Positions 27,590 to 39,921 of a DNA stretch of 64,000 nt are shown here, in pieces. Source of the DNA: Epiperipatus broadwayi (lineage: Eukaryota; Animalia; Onychophora). The notes under the pieces were generated by a model. It was not told the DNA's origin. It worked only from the letters and a program-made list of their open reading frames with translations, and did not search any database. Position 1 is the first letter of the stretch, and each line of letters starts with the position of its first letter. The DNA lies in the NCBI GenBank assembly GCA_028023455.1, contig JAQFVV010000010.1, positions 5,208,001 through 5,272,000 of the forward strand, in the 5' to 3' direction. Both the position numbers and the translations under genes were made by a program.

Positions 27590-27996
27590 ACATCACATGA
27601 TCACCATTTTTTATGCTTGCTTATAACTGTTATTAAAACAGGCAAAATTCACTATACATATTGCCACTCACTGCAAGCTAGAGTAATCAATGGATGCCAG
27701 AAGGCTTGTGCATAAAATCCACATCTAGTACCTATTCATCCAATATCCCCAGACTAGTTTCTGGCTTGTGGGCTTTGTCAGTGAGGAGCCTTGGATCTGA
27801 GAGCACTGCACCCAAGATCTAGGTTCAGTGCTCTCAGATCCAAGACTTCTCACTGATGAAGGCCACAAGCCAGAAACTAGTCTGGGGATATTGGATGAGT
27901 AGGCACTAGATGGAGATTTTATGCACAAGCCTTCTGGCATCCATTGATTACTCTAGCCTGCAGTGAATGGCAATACGTATAGTGAATTTTGCCTGT
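27590..27996. mobile_element. Family A HHR retroelement, foldback copy
   Basis: Inverted arms of about 170 nt around a junction near 27810, with a left extension of about 50 nt. TSD ttcaa(a/g)ttacataa at 27576-27589 and 27997-28010. Confidence 0.9.
27839..27895 (+). ncRNA. Type I hammerhead ribozyme, family A, best-preserved copy
   Basis: uccaa-gac-uucuca CUGAUGA aggc-cacaa-gcca GAAA cua GUC/ ugggga-ua-uugga. Stem I has 6 pairs, an internal loop, then 5 pairs. Predicted cleavage after 27882. Confidence 0.82.
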
Positions 27997-28050
27997 TTCA
28001 AGTTACATAACAGCAAATAAAGTTTGTAATTAATAATTTGGTAATATATG

Positions 28051-28220
28051 TTAAGGTTATAACCTTAAGACTATGAATCTAAAATGCGACAGTAGGGATC
28101 TCTACAAATCTAAACATAAGACTTTAAAAGAAGCTCTTGTCTTATAAAATCTTGTGTTTAGATTTGTAGAAATCCCTACTGTCGCATTTTAGGCTCGTAG
28201 TTTTAAGGTTATAGCCTTAA
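28051..28220. mobile_element. Small foldback element with palindromic ends
   Basis: Inverted arms of about 70 nt; each end is an 18-nt (near-)palindrome, ttaaggttata(a/g)ccttaa. A related single arm lies at about 32797-32855. Confidence 0.7.
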
Positions 28221-29689
28221 TATAACAGCAAATACTAATTTTGCAACAGCTAATGGAAATAAATTAATTGTACTGATAATTTTGATAAGTGAATCGTGCA
28301 CAGAAGGAAAAAAATCACTGATAAACAAAACAAATCTCTTCCATTGGATCAGAAAATATAAAAACTTTAATTTTATTGTAAAATTTATTTTCATGCTATT
28401 CTTAGCTTCTCTTTAATTCTGCCATCTTAAAATTAGCAACAGAATACTTATTAATTTTATGAGAATTAGCCAAGTTTTTCTAACATTTTGCAAAGTATTT
28501 AAATTTACTTTAAAATATTTAAATAGCACTCCAAAAGACTTATTTTTCTCTCACACACATATATGTAATATTTTTTATTGTCACATGCAACATACACCTA
28601 TAAGACATCTTATAAAAGTGATTTTATAAATAAAAACACATAAACTAAAAACAGTAAAATATATATATATATACATAAGTAAGGATTTTTCAATACTATT
28701 GAATTACATTACTTCATCAAGCACATACATATATTCATATGAAAAAAAACTTGTCTATAAATATATACATGAATATGTATGTTAAGCTCTTTGCTTATAG
28801 TCTATTGGAAAATAACTATGCAATAGACATTAAAACAAGCAATAATATTTAATCATCACAGATTATTGTTTACCGCTCTAATCTTAATTTACTTTAGCAT
28901 CCCCGTATTTAAGTTGCATCATAAATTTTAAAGTACCCTTTGCATCAGTAAAAACATTACACATAGGTGTCTATATACAAAATAAAGTTGGTAAAACATT
29001 GTAGAGAAATTTTTTTAAGAATTATCCTCATTTATATACACATTATGTGCTTTAAAAACATATATTATTTTGGTATTAGAACATTTTTAACAATAAAATC
29101 ATAATCAATATAATGATATCAACCATTTTGTCCCTAGCTGTAAATATAGTATCTAATACGAGTCTTTGCACAGTAAAGAATCCTGAAAGCTATAATTGAA
29201 GTATAAAAAGATGCAGCAATTTCATTTAACATAAAAAAAATTATAAACTTCATAAAGTCCATTTTATAAAAAAAAAAACTTACATCTGGTTATTATAATA
29301 TCAGTTCACCAAGCCAGCTTATGTATGAAATTTGCTTTCACAATTATATACAGATCTGCAATTATTTACTATTATTTATGCAAATATGACAATACTTTTA
29401 ATACAATGACATTAAATAAATATTACCCCCCCCCCCCACTTTTATTAAAAGTGGAAAAATATTTTATCAAACTTTTGAATTAAAAAAAATTAAAAAGCAT
29501 AACATACAGGAAACCTTTCCTTTACATAACTAATGTATTTTGTGAAAGACATTATAATTCCTCCAATATGCTTTCAAAATTTTCATAATTGTTTTTAGAA
29601 TTGCCATTTTTAAATCAATATACTTTGAATAAAATTACTTACATTAAAATGCTTATCCATTCTCCTTTGTTGCTATGAAATCCACAGCA

Positions 29690-30560
29690 AAAGTTGAAAG
29701 AATAAACTGATTTATGCTGAAGAGAAAACTATCATTGAAATACAGGATGAGCTGAGTCAGCTATCCTTTCTGGTCTGGATACCAAAAGTAATAAAATTTC
29801 TGTATATCTGACACTGCAGATATGTACATCTGACACTCCAATGTGGAAATAAACTATAAAATGATCATCAAACCCATCAATGTTTGTGGCACTATTCAGG
29901 ACTCCCACCTCACACAAGTTAGCTGGCTTTAAATGTTTTCTGTACAGAAACCACAAGCTATACAAGTCTGAGGCAGAGAGGAGACATAACATCAAAAACT
30001 ACAAAGAACTAATTAAGGTAGGGTATGATCACAATCTAAAGCTCTTAAAAATATTCTACTCCACAATAAATAAATAATAAATACCAGGCCTTTGAACCAC
30101 AACACTAATGCATGGATTAGCCTTCCTTTCGGTGCATTATGAAAGTTGAAAACAATTTGCTCTGCTGTATTTAATATTAGTTTCAGGACGCCTCCTAACA
30201 TCAAAATCAATTATTGAATAATAACAAAGACAAGTTATCTCCAGACAAGGCTCTCCAAATAATTTATAAAATTAGCTGCAATGAATCCATTTGCAAGACA
30301 ATTTGCTATGGTAAGTCTCGTACCAACAGCACCACTAGATTAATGCGGCACAAGTATATATATATAAACATGCTAAATAAAGTCAGTATTTTTAGAGCAT
30401 GAGATCGACTTAGGTCACAATTTCAATCTGCTCGACTGAAGTGGTGTGCACAGAGAACAACGATCGAAAGAAAAAAAATCAGAGACAAGGTTTATTGCAA
30501 ACAACACTCACACAATAAATAAAAAAGATTCATGCATTGCATTATCACACAAGTGATATA
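29690..30560 (+). mobile_element. Penelope-like element remnant (RT thumb region plus GIY-YIG endonuclease)
   Basis: Broken frames read TIIEIQDELSQLSFL (like FT.E.E...LPFLD), PTSHKLAGFKCFLYR, IIYKISCNESICKTICYGKSRTNSTTRLMRHK (GIY-YIG module) and HEIDLGHNF, in the order expected for these elements. Confidence 0.75.
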
Positions 30561-31649
30561 AGTACATTTAAAAACTGGCATATTAAATAACTTATACTTT
30601 TATTTTCCTACACATCTATCTTTGTGCTATAAATCTGCCTGACCTGGTCGAAAGCAATGCTAAGCTGTAAAGTTAATACAATTTTGTAATCTTTTCTGTA
30701 TAGTGGATCTATTCATTGAAACTGAATAATAGTTTTTTCAAAAAAATATTAAGCAGTAGTATTTTGTTAAAAAATTGTTTTAATACATTTTAATCATGAA
30801 TGCATTATAGTAATTATTATTGCAGTAATTCATTTTATGGAGTATCGAAATAAACAAATTTTTTTTTCAAAATTGACTTTATTCTATGTGAATTTTAAAT
30901 CTGCATAAAAAATTTAAGCTAATTTGAAAAGGGTGTTAATCAAAATTATGTAAGTCAAAGGTTCCCTCTATGTGTGCATATATATACATATAAAAACAGA
31001 ATATGACATTGCTGAGAAAAATTTTCACTCAGAACAATAAACCAATCCATATAAGAATTTAGAAAATAGATAAAAATGGATTGTTTTGTATGCAAATGTG
31101 ACTGAATTTTAATACTAGGGGGTATCGCAATAATATTGCTAGTACACAGAGATTTAACACTCTGAGTATTATATATATATATATATATATATGCTTGCAC
31201 AAACACACATATAAATGTCATCTCATAAAATAACCAATAAATTCATAAAGCAGATATCTGGCATTAAATTGATGTAAGCTGCTATTATGAGCTCGCAACA
31301 TTTTTAGACTCAGTTAATATCAATTTTTGGTATTAACTGAAGAGACATTAAACCTAAATCAATAATAGTATATTACCATATATTAAAATAGGACTCTATC
31401 ATGATTTAAAATATGCATTTGCATTTAAAACGTATCTTTAATTACATTAGAAAAAAAAAAAATCCAATAAATATATAAAATTAGTTACAATGCACATGAA
31501 TAAATATTACAACTTATGATACATTAACATAAAAGAAAAATAGTAGAAATTTTTAATTTGGAAGAATATTTTTCAAAGAATTTTTGGGAAGAGGATGGAA
31601 TTTTATTTTATGTGTAGTCATGGAAGATGATAGCCTTTCAACAACAGTT

Positions 31650-31803
31650 TCAACTAGGCCAGTTCGCTTGAGAACCTGAAGGTAAAAATTCTTCTGGCTT
31701 GCTTTTTTTTTCCCAAATGTCATCCATTTTATCAGGAAAGGTGCTCATACCAGTCATAGATTTAAGATGACCCAAATAGAAGACAAGATCAGACGTAACT
31801 AAT
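31650..31803 (-). CDS. VPS54: VPS54 terminal coding exon
   Basis: Acceptor ttttacAG, phase 2. Reads (G)LVTSDLVFYLGHLKSMTGMSTFPDKMDDIWEKKSKPEEFLPSGSQANWPS*; TGA at 31652-31650. Confidence 0.93.
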
Positions 31804-33670
31804 CTGTAAAACAAAGAAAATTAAAATATTGATGAGAATAAGAAAATGACATATTTATCCATTATCAATATGTAATGTTATAATTATCAAAAAAACTTTA
31901 TAGTGAATAAAAATACATAAGATATATGTAAATACTATAAACATACTTAATTAAATTAATATATTTGATTGAGATCAAAATATTTTTATTTTATTTTAAT
32001 AAAATTATATATAAACCTACATATTAAATAATTTTTTGAAACCATCTGGCTGTACAATAATTATAATATTCTGAAAATTGTAAAGTTAATTGCTTGGAAG
32101 GTCATGTGCCAATAAAGCACTCAGTGAGAATTGATTCAAAAATCTTTGCTTCTTGAATCCATCCTCTCATTGTCATTAGTAGCAGCCACTAGAAACTGAG
32201 TATGGCCTTTACTCATCTGCTAAACAAGTTTTTCAGTATAAATTTTTGTTTACCAATTTTTATGTATTTAGTTCATTCTTCAAATTCATCTTAAAGGCTA
32301 TGTGTGTTTTTGTTTGCTTATCCAATCCATTTTTCCATATTTATTTCATAACATGTACTTTTTCTTATTGTAATATTAAATAAAATTTTGATTTATTTAT
32401 GCAGTAAATATATAATTTTAATGTAATAATAAATATTCAAATTTAAATTTTTTAGCATAAAATAAAATCTTATCTATTTTATCTTAATATTATTAAGGAA
32501 TGCAAATCTGAAACTTTTTTCAACATTCTTCCAAACAATAAAAAATTTTTTTTTTCCCTCTAGAGTTGTATTGAAAGATAATAGATAGGTTCTTAATTGT
32601 AACAACTATCCCATAACACTATTTAAAATTGAATATAAATATATTTTTCAGTTGATCTTAATATTAAGCATTTTTAAAATTCAGCTATATTATTCAGTTA
32701 TATATTTATTAATATTGACTGTGCTAATAGAACAATTTTCCAGAGATAATGATTAGAAGTAAACAACCTATATCTATAACGAAGAAGTTATATTCATTAA
32801 GGCTGTAGCCTCAAGCACATGCGTATAAAATGCGATCGTAGGGACCTCTAATGAATATTACTTATGTAATCAATGTGCATTTAAATAAATTTATAATGAA
32901 GAAGTTATTAATTCTCAACAATAATAAATCTAAGATTCTAATGAAGACAATTATGCAAGGATTTACTTATTTTATAATTTTGATTGAACTACCTAAAGTA
33001 TAATTTTTATTTATTGTATATTGTTTATATTTGAATGGTTTATATTTAAATTGTTATGTTATATAACATTTATATCTCAAGAATAAAATTTAATATTATA
33101 AAAAAAATTTTTTTTTATTGAATCAAGATAACCATTTTTTTCCAAGCCTTGATTTTTTTTTTCCAATCTTATTTTAATTCAATAAAGTTATATTTATAAC
33201 TAACTATTGATGTAAATAAAAATATGAATATACTGGTGAAGAACTTTGACATAAATAGACATTTAACATTACCTTAATATTAAATTAATTTTAAAAAATC
33301 ATATATGTCAATTGCTATAAAATGTATCAAAAAGTAAATTCAACAAACTATTGCATTTAAAAAGGGTTTATTAATAAATTAAAATTACATATATATGTAA
33401 AAGTAGTGACATTAGATACTCAGCAATGAAATATATTAAATGTTTAACAATAGAATAACCAAATTTAATCCCCGTAGGTTTTTTTAATAATAAATAATTG
33501 GTTTAATGACCTATGTTTTTAATAAAATGGTTGTACTTAAAATTAATAAAAAACTATTAAAACTATATCACAATATTTAATCTAAAACAGTGATAAATTT
33601 CATATATTAGGGCCACCTAATATATGCAAAACGGTTTGTGCATAAAATCTCTATTTAGTACCTACTTTTC

Positions 33671-33729
33671 ATCCAATATTCCCAAACTAGTTTCTAAGCT
33701 TGTGGCTTTCATCAGTAAGAAGCCATGGA
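33671..33729 (-). ncRNA. Type I hammerhead motif on the VPS54 pre-mRNA strand (GUU triplet)
   Basis: uucuua CUGAUGA aagc-cacaa-gcuu a GAAA cua GUU/ ugggaa. Confidence 0.55.
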
Positions 33730-33824
33730 TTTGGGACTCTTAGCTTTATAGTTAACTAAAAAGATAAAAGGTGGCTGCTGGATGGTTGCATTGAGTCCTA
33801 AGATCTAAGTGCAGTGCTCTCAGA

Positions 33825-33880
33825 TCCAAGGCTCTCACTGATGAAAGCCACAAGCTAGAAACTAGTCTGGGGATATTTGA
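33825..33880 (+). ncRNA. Type I hammerhead ribozyme, family A variant
   Basis: cucuca CUGAUGA aagc-cacaa-gcua GAAA cua GUC/ ugggga. Predicted cleavage after 33867. Confidence 0.78.
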
Positions 33881-34832
33881 TAAGTAGGCAGTAGATAGGG
33901 ATTTTGATGAACAAACCTTCTAGCATCCATTGACTATTAAGGCTTGCACTGGGTGGCACTATAGTATGCAAAGTTTATCATTGTTTTAACAGCCTGTGTA
34001 AGCATAGGAAATAGTGATCATGTGATGATTAGTGGTTTAAAATTTAATTTACTGAAGAAATCAATAACTAGATAAATTATAAAATTGAATTTTATTTGTT
34101 ATAGATATATCCCTGGTGCTGTGTCCTCAGTTCTAGCTGAGCGATTGCAAATTGTGCCTTTACTGGCTCTTATTTACATATATATATAACACCGGGTAAA
34201 AAAATGAACCCAAGGTTGCATAAAGAGTAAATATTTTTTTTATTTTAAAAATATATAATTAAGAGAACAGAGGGAATAAATATAAAGTATAATTTTAAGA
34301 TAGGTGGATAATGAAATACCTAAAAAAATCAAAGTTAAATGTATACTAGTTTAGAATAAACCATGCAATAATAAAAAAGAATATAAACTTATGAAGGAAT
34401 AAGAGGTGCGGTGAAAGCATTTCCAATTACCATTTATTATAAAATAATAATGCAGTAGACTTGATAGTTATAAATAAAAAGAAGGTATTCATAAGATCAA
34501 AAGACGTAATATTTATTTGAAAAAAATATAGTTTGGATGAAATACATGTCAATGTTTAATAATAGTACAAATTTTGCTAGACAGATTAGAGATATAATGT
34601 AAGAATGATCATTTATATAATGCATATTATGGTATCTTACAAAAATATAGCACTTCAACATAATGTAATTCTATACAACAAAACTGAAATCTAATTAATA
34701 ATTTAGTTTATTGCAAATTAATAGAATAAAGTCTGTTTCATTTTTGCAAGAATATCATAAGTTAATCTTAGTAAGTTAAACTAATTAGAAGATTTTATCA
34801 TTATAGGCATACATTTATAGATATAAATGAAT

Positions 34833-35505
34833 AATGTGGAAATATCTGTTCTACTTTATTGTAAAAAAATCACAGCAAGATGATATAGACAGTGACCAAT
34901 GAAAATAGTAACTTGTAAATATTTTTTGCATCTTAAACAAAAACCTTTTTAAATGCAATCTCTTGAAATTTATAGAAACAATAAACATATAAATATTTAA
35001 GAAAACGAAATCTCACAACTTTCCCTATTTTCCTTAGTATAATAGACTCTTCCACCAATAATTGAATGTTATAAATTCAAGAGATTGCATTTAAAAGCGG
35101 TTCCCCTTTTAGATGCAAAAAGTTTTTACAGTTTACTATTTTCATTGGTCACTATCTATATCATCTGACGGTGACTTTTCTAAAATAAAATAGAACAGCT
35201 ATTTCCACATTCTTAAAAATATTTAAACCATAATATCTATTAAAAATTATTAATTTATAACATTCAACACTTAGTGGAAGAATCTATTATAATAAAGAAA
35301 ATAGAGAACGGTGTGAGACTTTATTTCCTTAAATATTTATATGATTACTGTAGCACATTATCTCTATAAATATCAAGAGATTGTATTTATAAGAGGTTCC
35401 TCTTTTGGATGCAAAAAGTGTTTACAGTTTACTATTTTCATTGGTCACTATCTATATCATCTGACTAATTTTTCTAAATAAAACAGAACAGATATTTCCA
35501 CATTC
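34833..35505. mobile_element. Inverted arm plus tandem ~296-nt units, no recognisable ribozyme
   Basis: gtttactattttcattggtcac recurs at 35131 and 35427. Segment 34833-35065 is a reverse-complement monomer. Confidence 0.75.
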
Positions 35506-36271
35506 TTATATATATTTGTTTTATATTTATTAATGAATGATTTTGGGGGGGAAAGATTTTGTTGTGGTTATCTATTATTATTTTATTATATTTAATAAAT
35601 TTTATTCATTGATTAAATTATTTTCTTCCTTTGTACAGTAAATAGAAGTCGTGATTTGACAATCAATGACTCTTTCCATTATAGCCTTGGTGTACTCTAG
35701 ATACAAATGATGAAAAGAATATCAGTGCATATGAGTATTGATTGATTGCCTGCCCTAAATCATCAGTCAGTTACTACTGCAGTGCTTTCTAGAAATGAAA
35801 GGAGAGGTAGGCAGCCATGTGACACTGTCAACTCATTTATATTATCACAATATATCTAATTAAAGAAGTCAATATGATTTAGTAGCTTATGAAAGTATGA
35901 AATGCAATTTTAAGAGTATTGTGAAATAATATAATTCCATAAAAAAGCTTAAATTAAATTTATTTATATATTATTACATAAGGTATTTAAATGCATATAT
36001 TTTTACCATATGTTTATTTAATACAACCTGAAAATTCCATGGAAATTTAAAATGGTTATAATTTTAATAATTTGAAAAAGAAATAAAAAAATTAAAATTA
36101 TTTCAGTGAAAAATAAAGATAAAAAGCAGAAGGAATTGTGATTGCTCTTAAATAGTTTTTATTGATATTCAAGCTGAAAAAAGATAAAATAATAAGATAA
36201 TAACAAGATAGACAAGCAAAAAATTGAACAAAAATTCTAGTACTAAATACAGATATATATATCAAATTTAC

Positions 36272-36366
36272 CCATGTTGTGGTCCTCCATCATTATTTAC
36301 ATTTATCTTTGCGAGTTGCAGCCTTAACTGCTTTTTCAAGGCTGAATTAACTTTAATAAATAAAGA
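36272..36366 (-). CDS. VPS54: VPS54 coding exon (penultimate)
   Basis: cttAG / GTaaat, 95 nt, phase 0 to 2. Reads SLFIKVNSALKKQLRLQLAKINVNNDGGPQHG. Confidence 0.96.
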
Positions 36367-36518
36367 CTAAGAAAAAAAAAAAGCATATATTAAACTAAGT
36401 AGTTATAATAATAAAAATAAAGACAGTAATAAACAAGTTAATTTAATCTCAATGTACATACTAAATAAATTAAAAAAACTATTTTTTAAAACATTTTTTT
36501 AAAAATTGTAAATCTTAC

Positions 36519-36626
36519 CATAATCTGTTGCTGAGGTAAAAGATCAATAATTGCTTCATGAAATTTGATCATCTGCTTGCAGATATTTCGAAAACAGTTA
36601 GAAGGAACGGGTGCTTTTACTTCATA
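36519..36626 (-). CDS. VPS54: VPS54 coding exon
   Basis: tttaAG / GTaaga, 108 nt, phase 0 to 0. Reads YEVKAPVPSNCFRNICKQMIKFHEAIIDLLPQQQIM. Confidence 0.97.
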
Positions 36627-37085
36627 CTTAAAATTAAAAATATATATATTTGACATTTAATTATAAAAAATACATAAAGCCACTCTTTTATTAAATTTTT
36701 ATGCTGTTATTAGTCTAATATATTTTTATTGGCTTTGAATCTTTAGTCTTCAGTAAATTCCAGAAATTGCTTCAATTTATTTGTATAATTCAAATTTTTA
36801 TTCTTCCTATTTCATTATAATTAAAACTTATCAAGAAATTATCATTAGATCAAAAGAATTTAAAAAATAAGAAAAAATATATATATTAGGAAATGAAAGA
36901 TGTATTCTAATACTTGCATAGCTAAATAAGTTAATCACTGATATAATTCACAGGCTTAATATGTTAAAAATATTAAAATGAATTTATGTATCATTAATGA
37001 TATCAACAAACACTATTAATCTATTCTAATTATAACCATCAATCATCACATTCATAAAGATTTTATATTTAATTTTTTTTTTTAC

Positions 37086-37166
37086 CTTCGATAATTGCTG
37101 AGAAAACATGGATTCCATGATAGATATGAGCTTCTTTAAAATTTCCTCAATATGATCTTGATAATC
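37086..37166 (-). CDS. VPS54: VPS54 coding exon
   Basis: attAG / GTaaa, 81 nt, phase 0 to 0. Reads DYQDHIEEILKKLISIMESMFSQQLSK. Confidence 0.95.
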
Positions 37167-38304
37167 CTAATAAAGAAAATAGCATCAAATGAAATACAGT
37201 GTTAATATTATGCAACTAAAACAAAAATAGATTATTAAAACCTGTCATTTTTATATTTGTAGAAAAATAATATTAAATAAAACTTTCCAAGTGTAAGAAT
37301 GCAGGAGAGAAAAAAATGATTAAAATTAATTGGGTACTTTTAATTTTGAAAAATAAAATCCTTGTAAAAAAAGTTAAGTAATTAAATTATTAGTTTTAAA
37401 TGAGATAACACATTAATAGACTCCATAAGCTACTTAATCTATTTTCCACAATCTATTTATATTTCAGTTTTGTAACTGCATTACAAAATTAATCATAAGA
37501 CTATTGTAACCATCATAGCATTTAAATATTTTGATTTAATATAAATAATATTTTTTCCAAAATTCATATCTAAAAGTTTATTATTATTAGATATAAATTT
37601 TGATTCTGAAATCAATTTAATTTTGGTTTTTCATATCAAAATTGAGCTTTAAGATTAGTTTAAAATTTTATCTCAAACATGTTTCAGAATTTAAATATAA
37701 CAAATTTATATTTTCAAAAGATTTTTTCAAAAAATCAATCCAAAATTTATAATAATTTAGTGGAATAATTCAAAGCCAATTATATACTTTTTATATATTT
37801 TTAAAAATATTCATCTATAATCTCCTTCACTTCAAACTAAAAACATTGAGATTTATTAAATTTTACAGTTACTGGTATAATGAATAAAGGTTTTATTTAA
37901 TTATGCTTTGATTTTTATTTATATTATTGGTTATATAAAGAAATGATTCCTGGGAAAACATGTCTACTACTGTTTATAAAAATATTAATAGAACTATTCC
38001 TTTTAATTTTATTTAAACACTATTTTTGTTATCACAAATATATGATCAAAATGACATTAAGCCAAAAGAATGAGTGATATCATTTTATTCTCGTCATAGT
38101 TTACTGGCATTTGACTATTAGTTAAGTAAAGCTCAATGAAAGTAATAATTATTTATGTCTCAATTTCATATCATTAAGCTATGATAATTTATGTTACATT
38201 TATTAAACTGATGTTATTTAATAATTGATAATTATTAAAATTAAATTACTGTTTTGATCTTCTGAGTAATTAAGGAGTGATTTCAGAGCATTTATGCTGT
38301 ACAT

Positions 38305-39180
38305 CAGTGATTCTCAACCTTTTTCTTGTCGCGGCACACTTTTGATAAAAAAAATTTGGCAGCGCACTAACATAACAATGAGATAAATTTAAAAGAATTT
38401 CACTTGTTTAAATGATTGATGTACCTATAACATATTTTTAGAAACTGCATACGATAGTAATTTTCAATTTAATATAAAATAAAATTCCATTACAAAGTTA
38501 ACAAAATATTTATTTATTGATACATATTACATTTAATGCAGAATTTGAGCTTGGTGGTTTTTAATAATTTCTTTTATATTTTGGCGTAAAAAGGATAACA
38601 CCACTCACATTTCGTGATCCAGATTTACAAGTCTGGATCTTTTTTTCATTTTAATATTTGTCAAAGCCGAAAATCTGAATTCGCACAAATAAGATGTGGA
38701 AAACTGTAATAATACATTTAAAGCTTTTTTTGATATTGTTGGATAATCATATGAAAGATTAATCCAGAATGAATTAATTGATTCTTGTGCTTGTTAACCT
38801 GATCGCTAATATCATCATTATCGTCATTAAGTTTTCTTTTTTTTTTTATCCATTTTAGAAGGTTCTTTTAAAACAGAAATAGTTTTGTTAAAAATTTATT
38901 CAAAACTGCATATTGTATTATTACCTCTTAATCCATTTTAATTACATTTGACAACACAATATTGTGATATTACACATGCGAATGCAATTATATAAGTTGC
39001 CATATGCATACTTCAATCTGTCAACTAGTAGACTAAACAATATAGTATTATAAGCCAGTAGCTAAAGCTGTACTAGTCATGCGCATTGCACACTTTTCTG
39101 ACGTCGCTTATGTATGGCGGCACACTTCGAGAATCTCATGGCACATTAAAGTGCCACAGCACAATGGTTGAGAATCACTG
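38305..39180 (-). mobile_element. Internally deleted hAT (Buster/SPIN-type) transposon
   Basis: TIRs cagtgattctcaacc / ggttgagaatcactg; perfect 8-bp TSD ctgtacat at 38297-38304 and 39181-39188. Minus strand from 38724 reads ALNVLLQFSTSYLCEFRFSALTNIKMKKRSRLVNLDHEM, the hAT C-terminal dimerisation region. Confidence 0.93.
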
Positions 39181-39440
39181 CTGTACATAAATTAAACAAA
39201 TATAAAAGATTTCATTCTTTGATTTATAACAATGTCACTAAACTAATCTTAAATACCAACAAAAGTAAAAGAATGGATAATATTCTATTTTTTTCATAGT
39301 TTATTATATGACTGACTAGTGGTTAAACATAGCTCAATGGAATAGCAATTATTTCTGACTCAATGTATATACACACACAAACTTATTAAAGTATACATAT
39401 AAATAATCATAAGAAAAAAAAATATAAAGTGTTTTAATAC

Positions 39441-39562
39441 CTTGAGAATTTGATCAAAGTATTTAAGCATTAAAGAGTGCTTAGAATTTAATCTTGTTTC
39501 AAAATGTGACTTAGCTATTGGAATATAATACACCATTAGTTGTAAACACCTTGATGCTAGAG
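39441..39562 (-). CDS. VPS54: VPS54 coding exon
   Basis: ttttcAG / GTatta, 122 nt, phase 1 to 0. Reads (A)LASRCLQLMVYYIPIAKSHFETRLNSKHSLMLKYFDQILK. Confidence 0.97.
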
Positions 39563-39618
39563 CTGAAAAACAATAATAAATAGTCAAAAACTAATAATAA
39601 ACTTTGTATATTTATATA

Positions 39619-39921
39619 AAATTAAATCAGGTTTTGAGGAGCACCATGTAGAAGTTTTCAATAATGAATGAAGAGACAATTTTCTCGCTACTATATTAGA
39701 AATCAGCATAAAAACTTTCAGCGACACATTACCCCTGGTGAGAATAAATAAAATTTCACAAAATATTCGTTGGTCATTTCCATGAAATTTTTTTCAACAT
39801 CAATGAATTTATAATGATTCTAAAAACCTGCAGCAACCTTTTCTATTTTGTTTTAACCATAAAAAATTACCTCCACTGTTGAAAATTTCTACATGGTGTT
39901 TTCCAAACTATAGTTTAATTT
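39619..39921. mobile_element. Old MITE-like element with ~45-bp imperfect terminal inverted repeats
   Basis: aattaaa...caccatgtagaagttttcaa matches the reverse complement of ttgaaaatttctacatggtg...tttaatt. Superfamily not assigned. Confidence 0.6.

Larger units (their letters stand above)
33601..34040. mobile_element. Family A subfamily foldback copy in the last VPS54 intron
   Basis: Minus arm about 33630-33735 and plus arm about 33745-34040. Both HHR cores are retained, with stem II agc/gct instead of ggc/gcc. TSD not identified. Confidence 0.85.
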
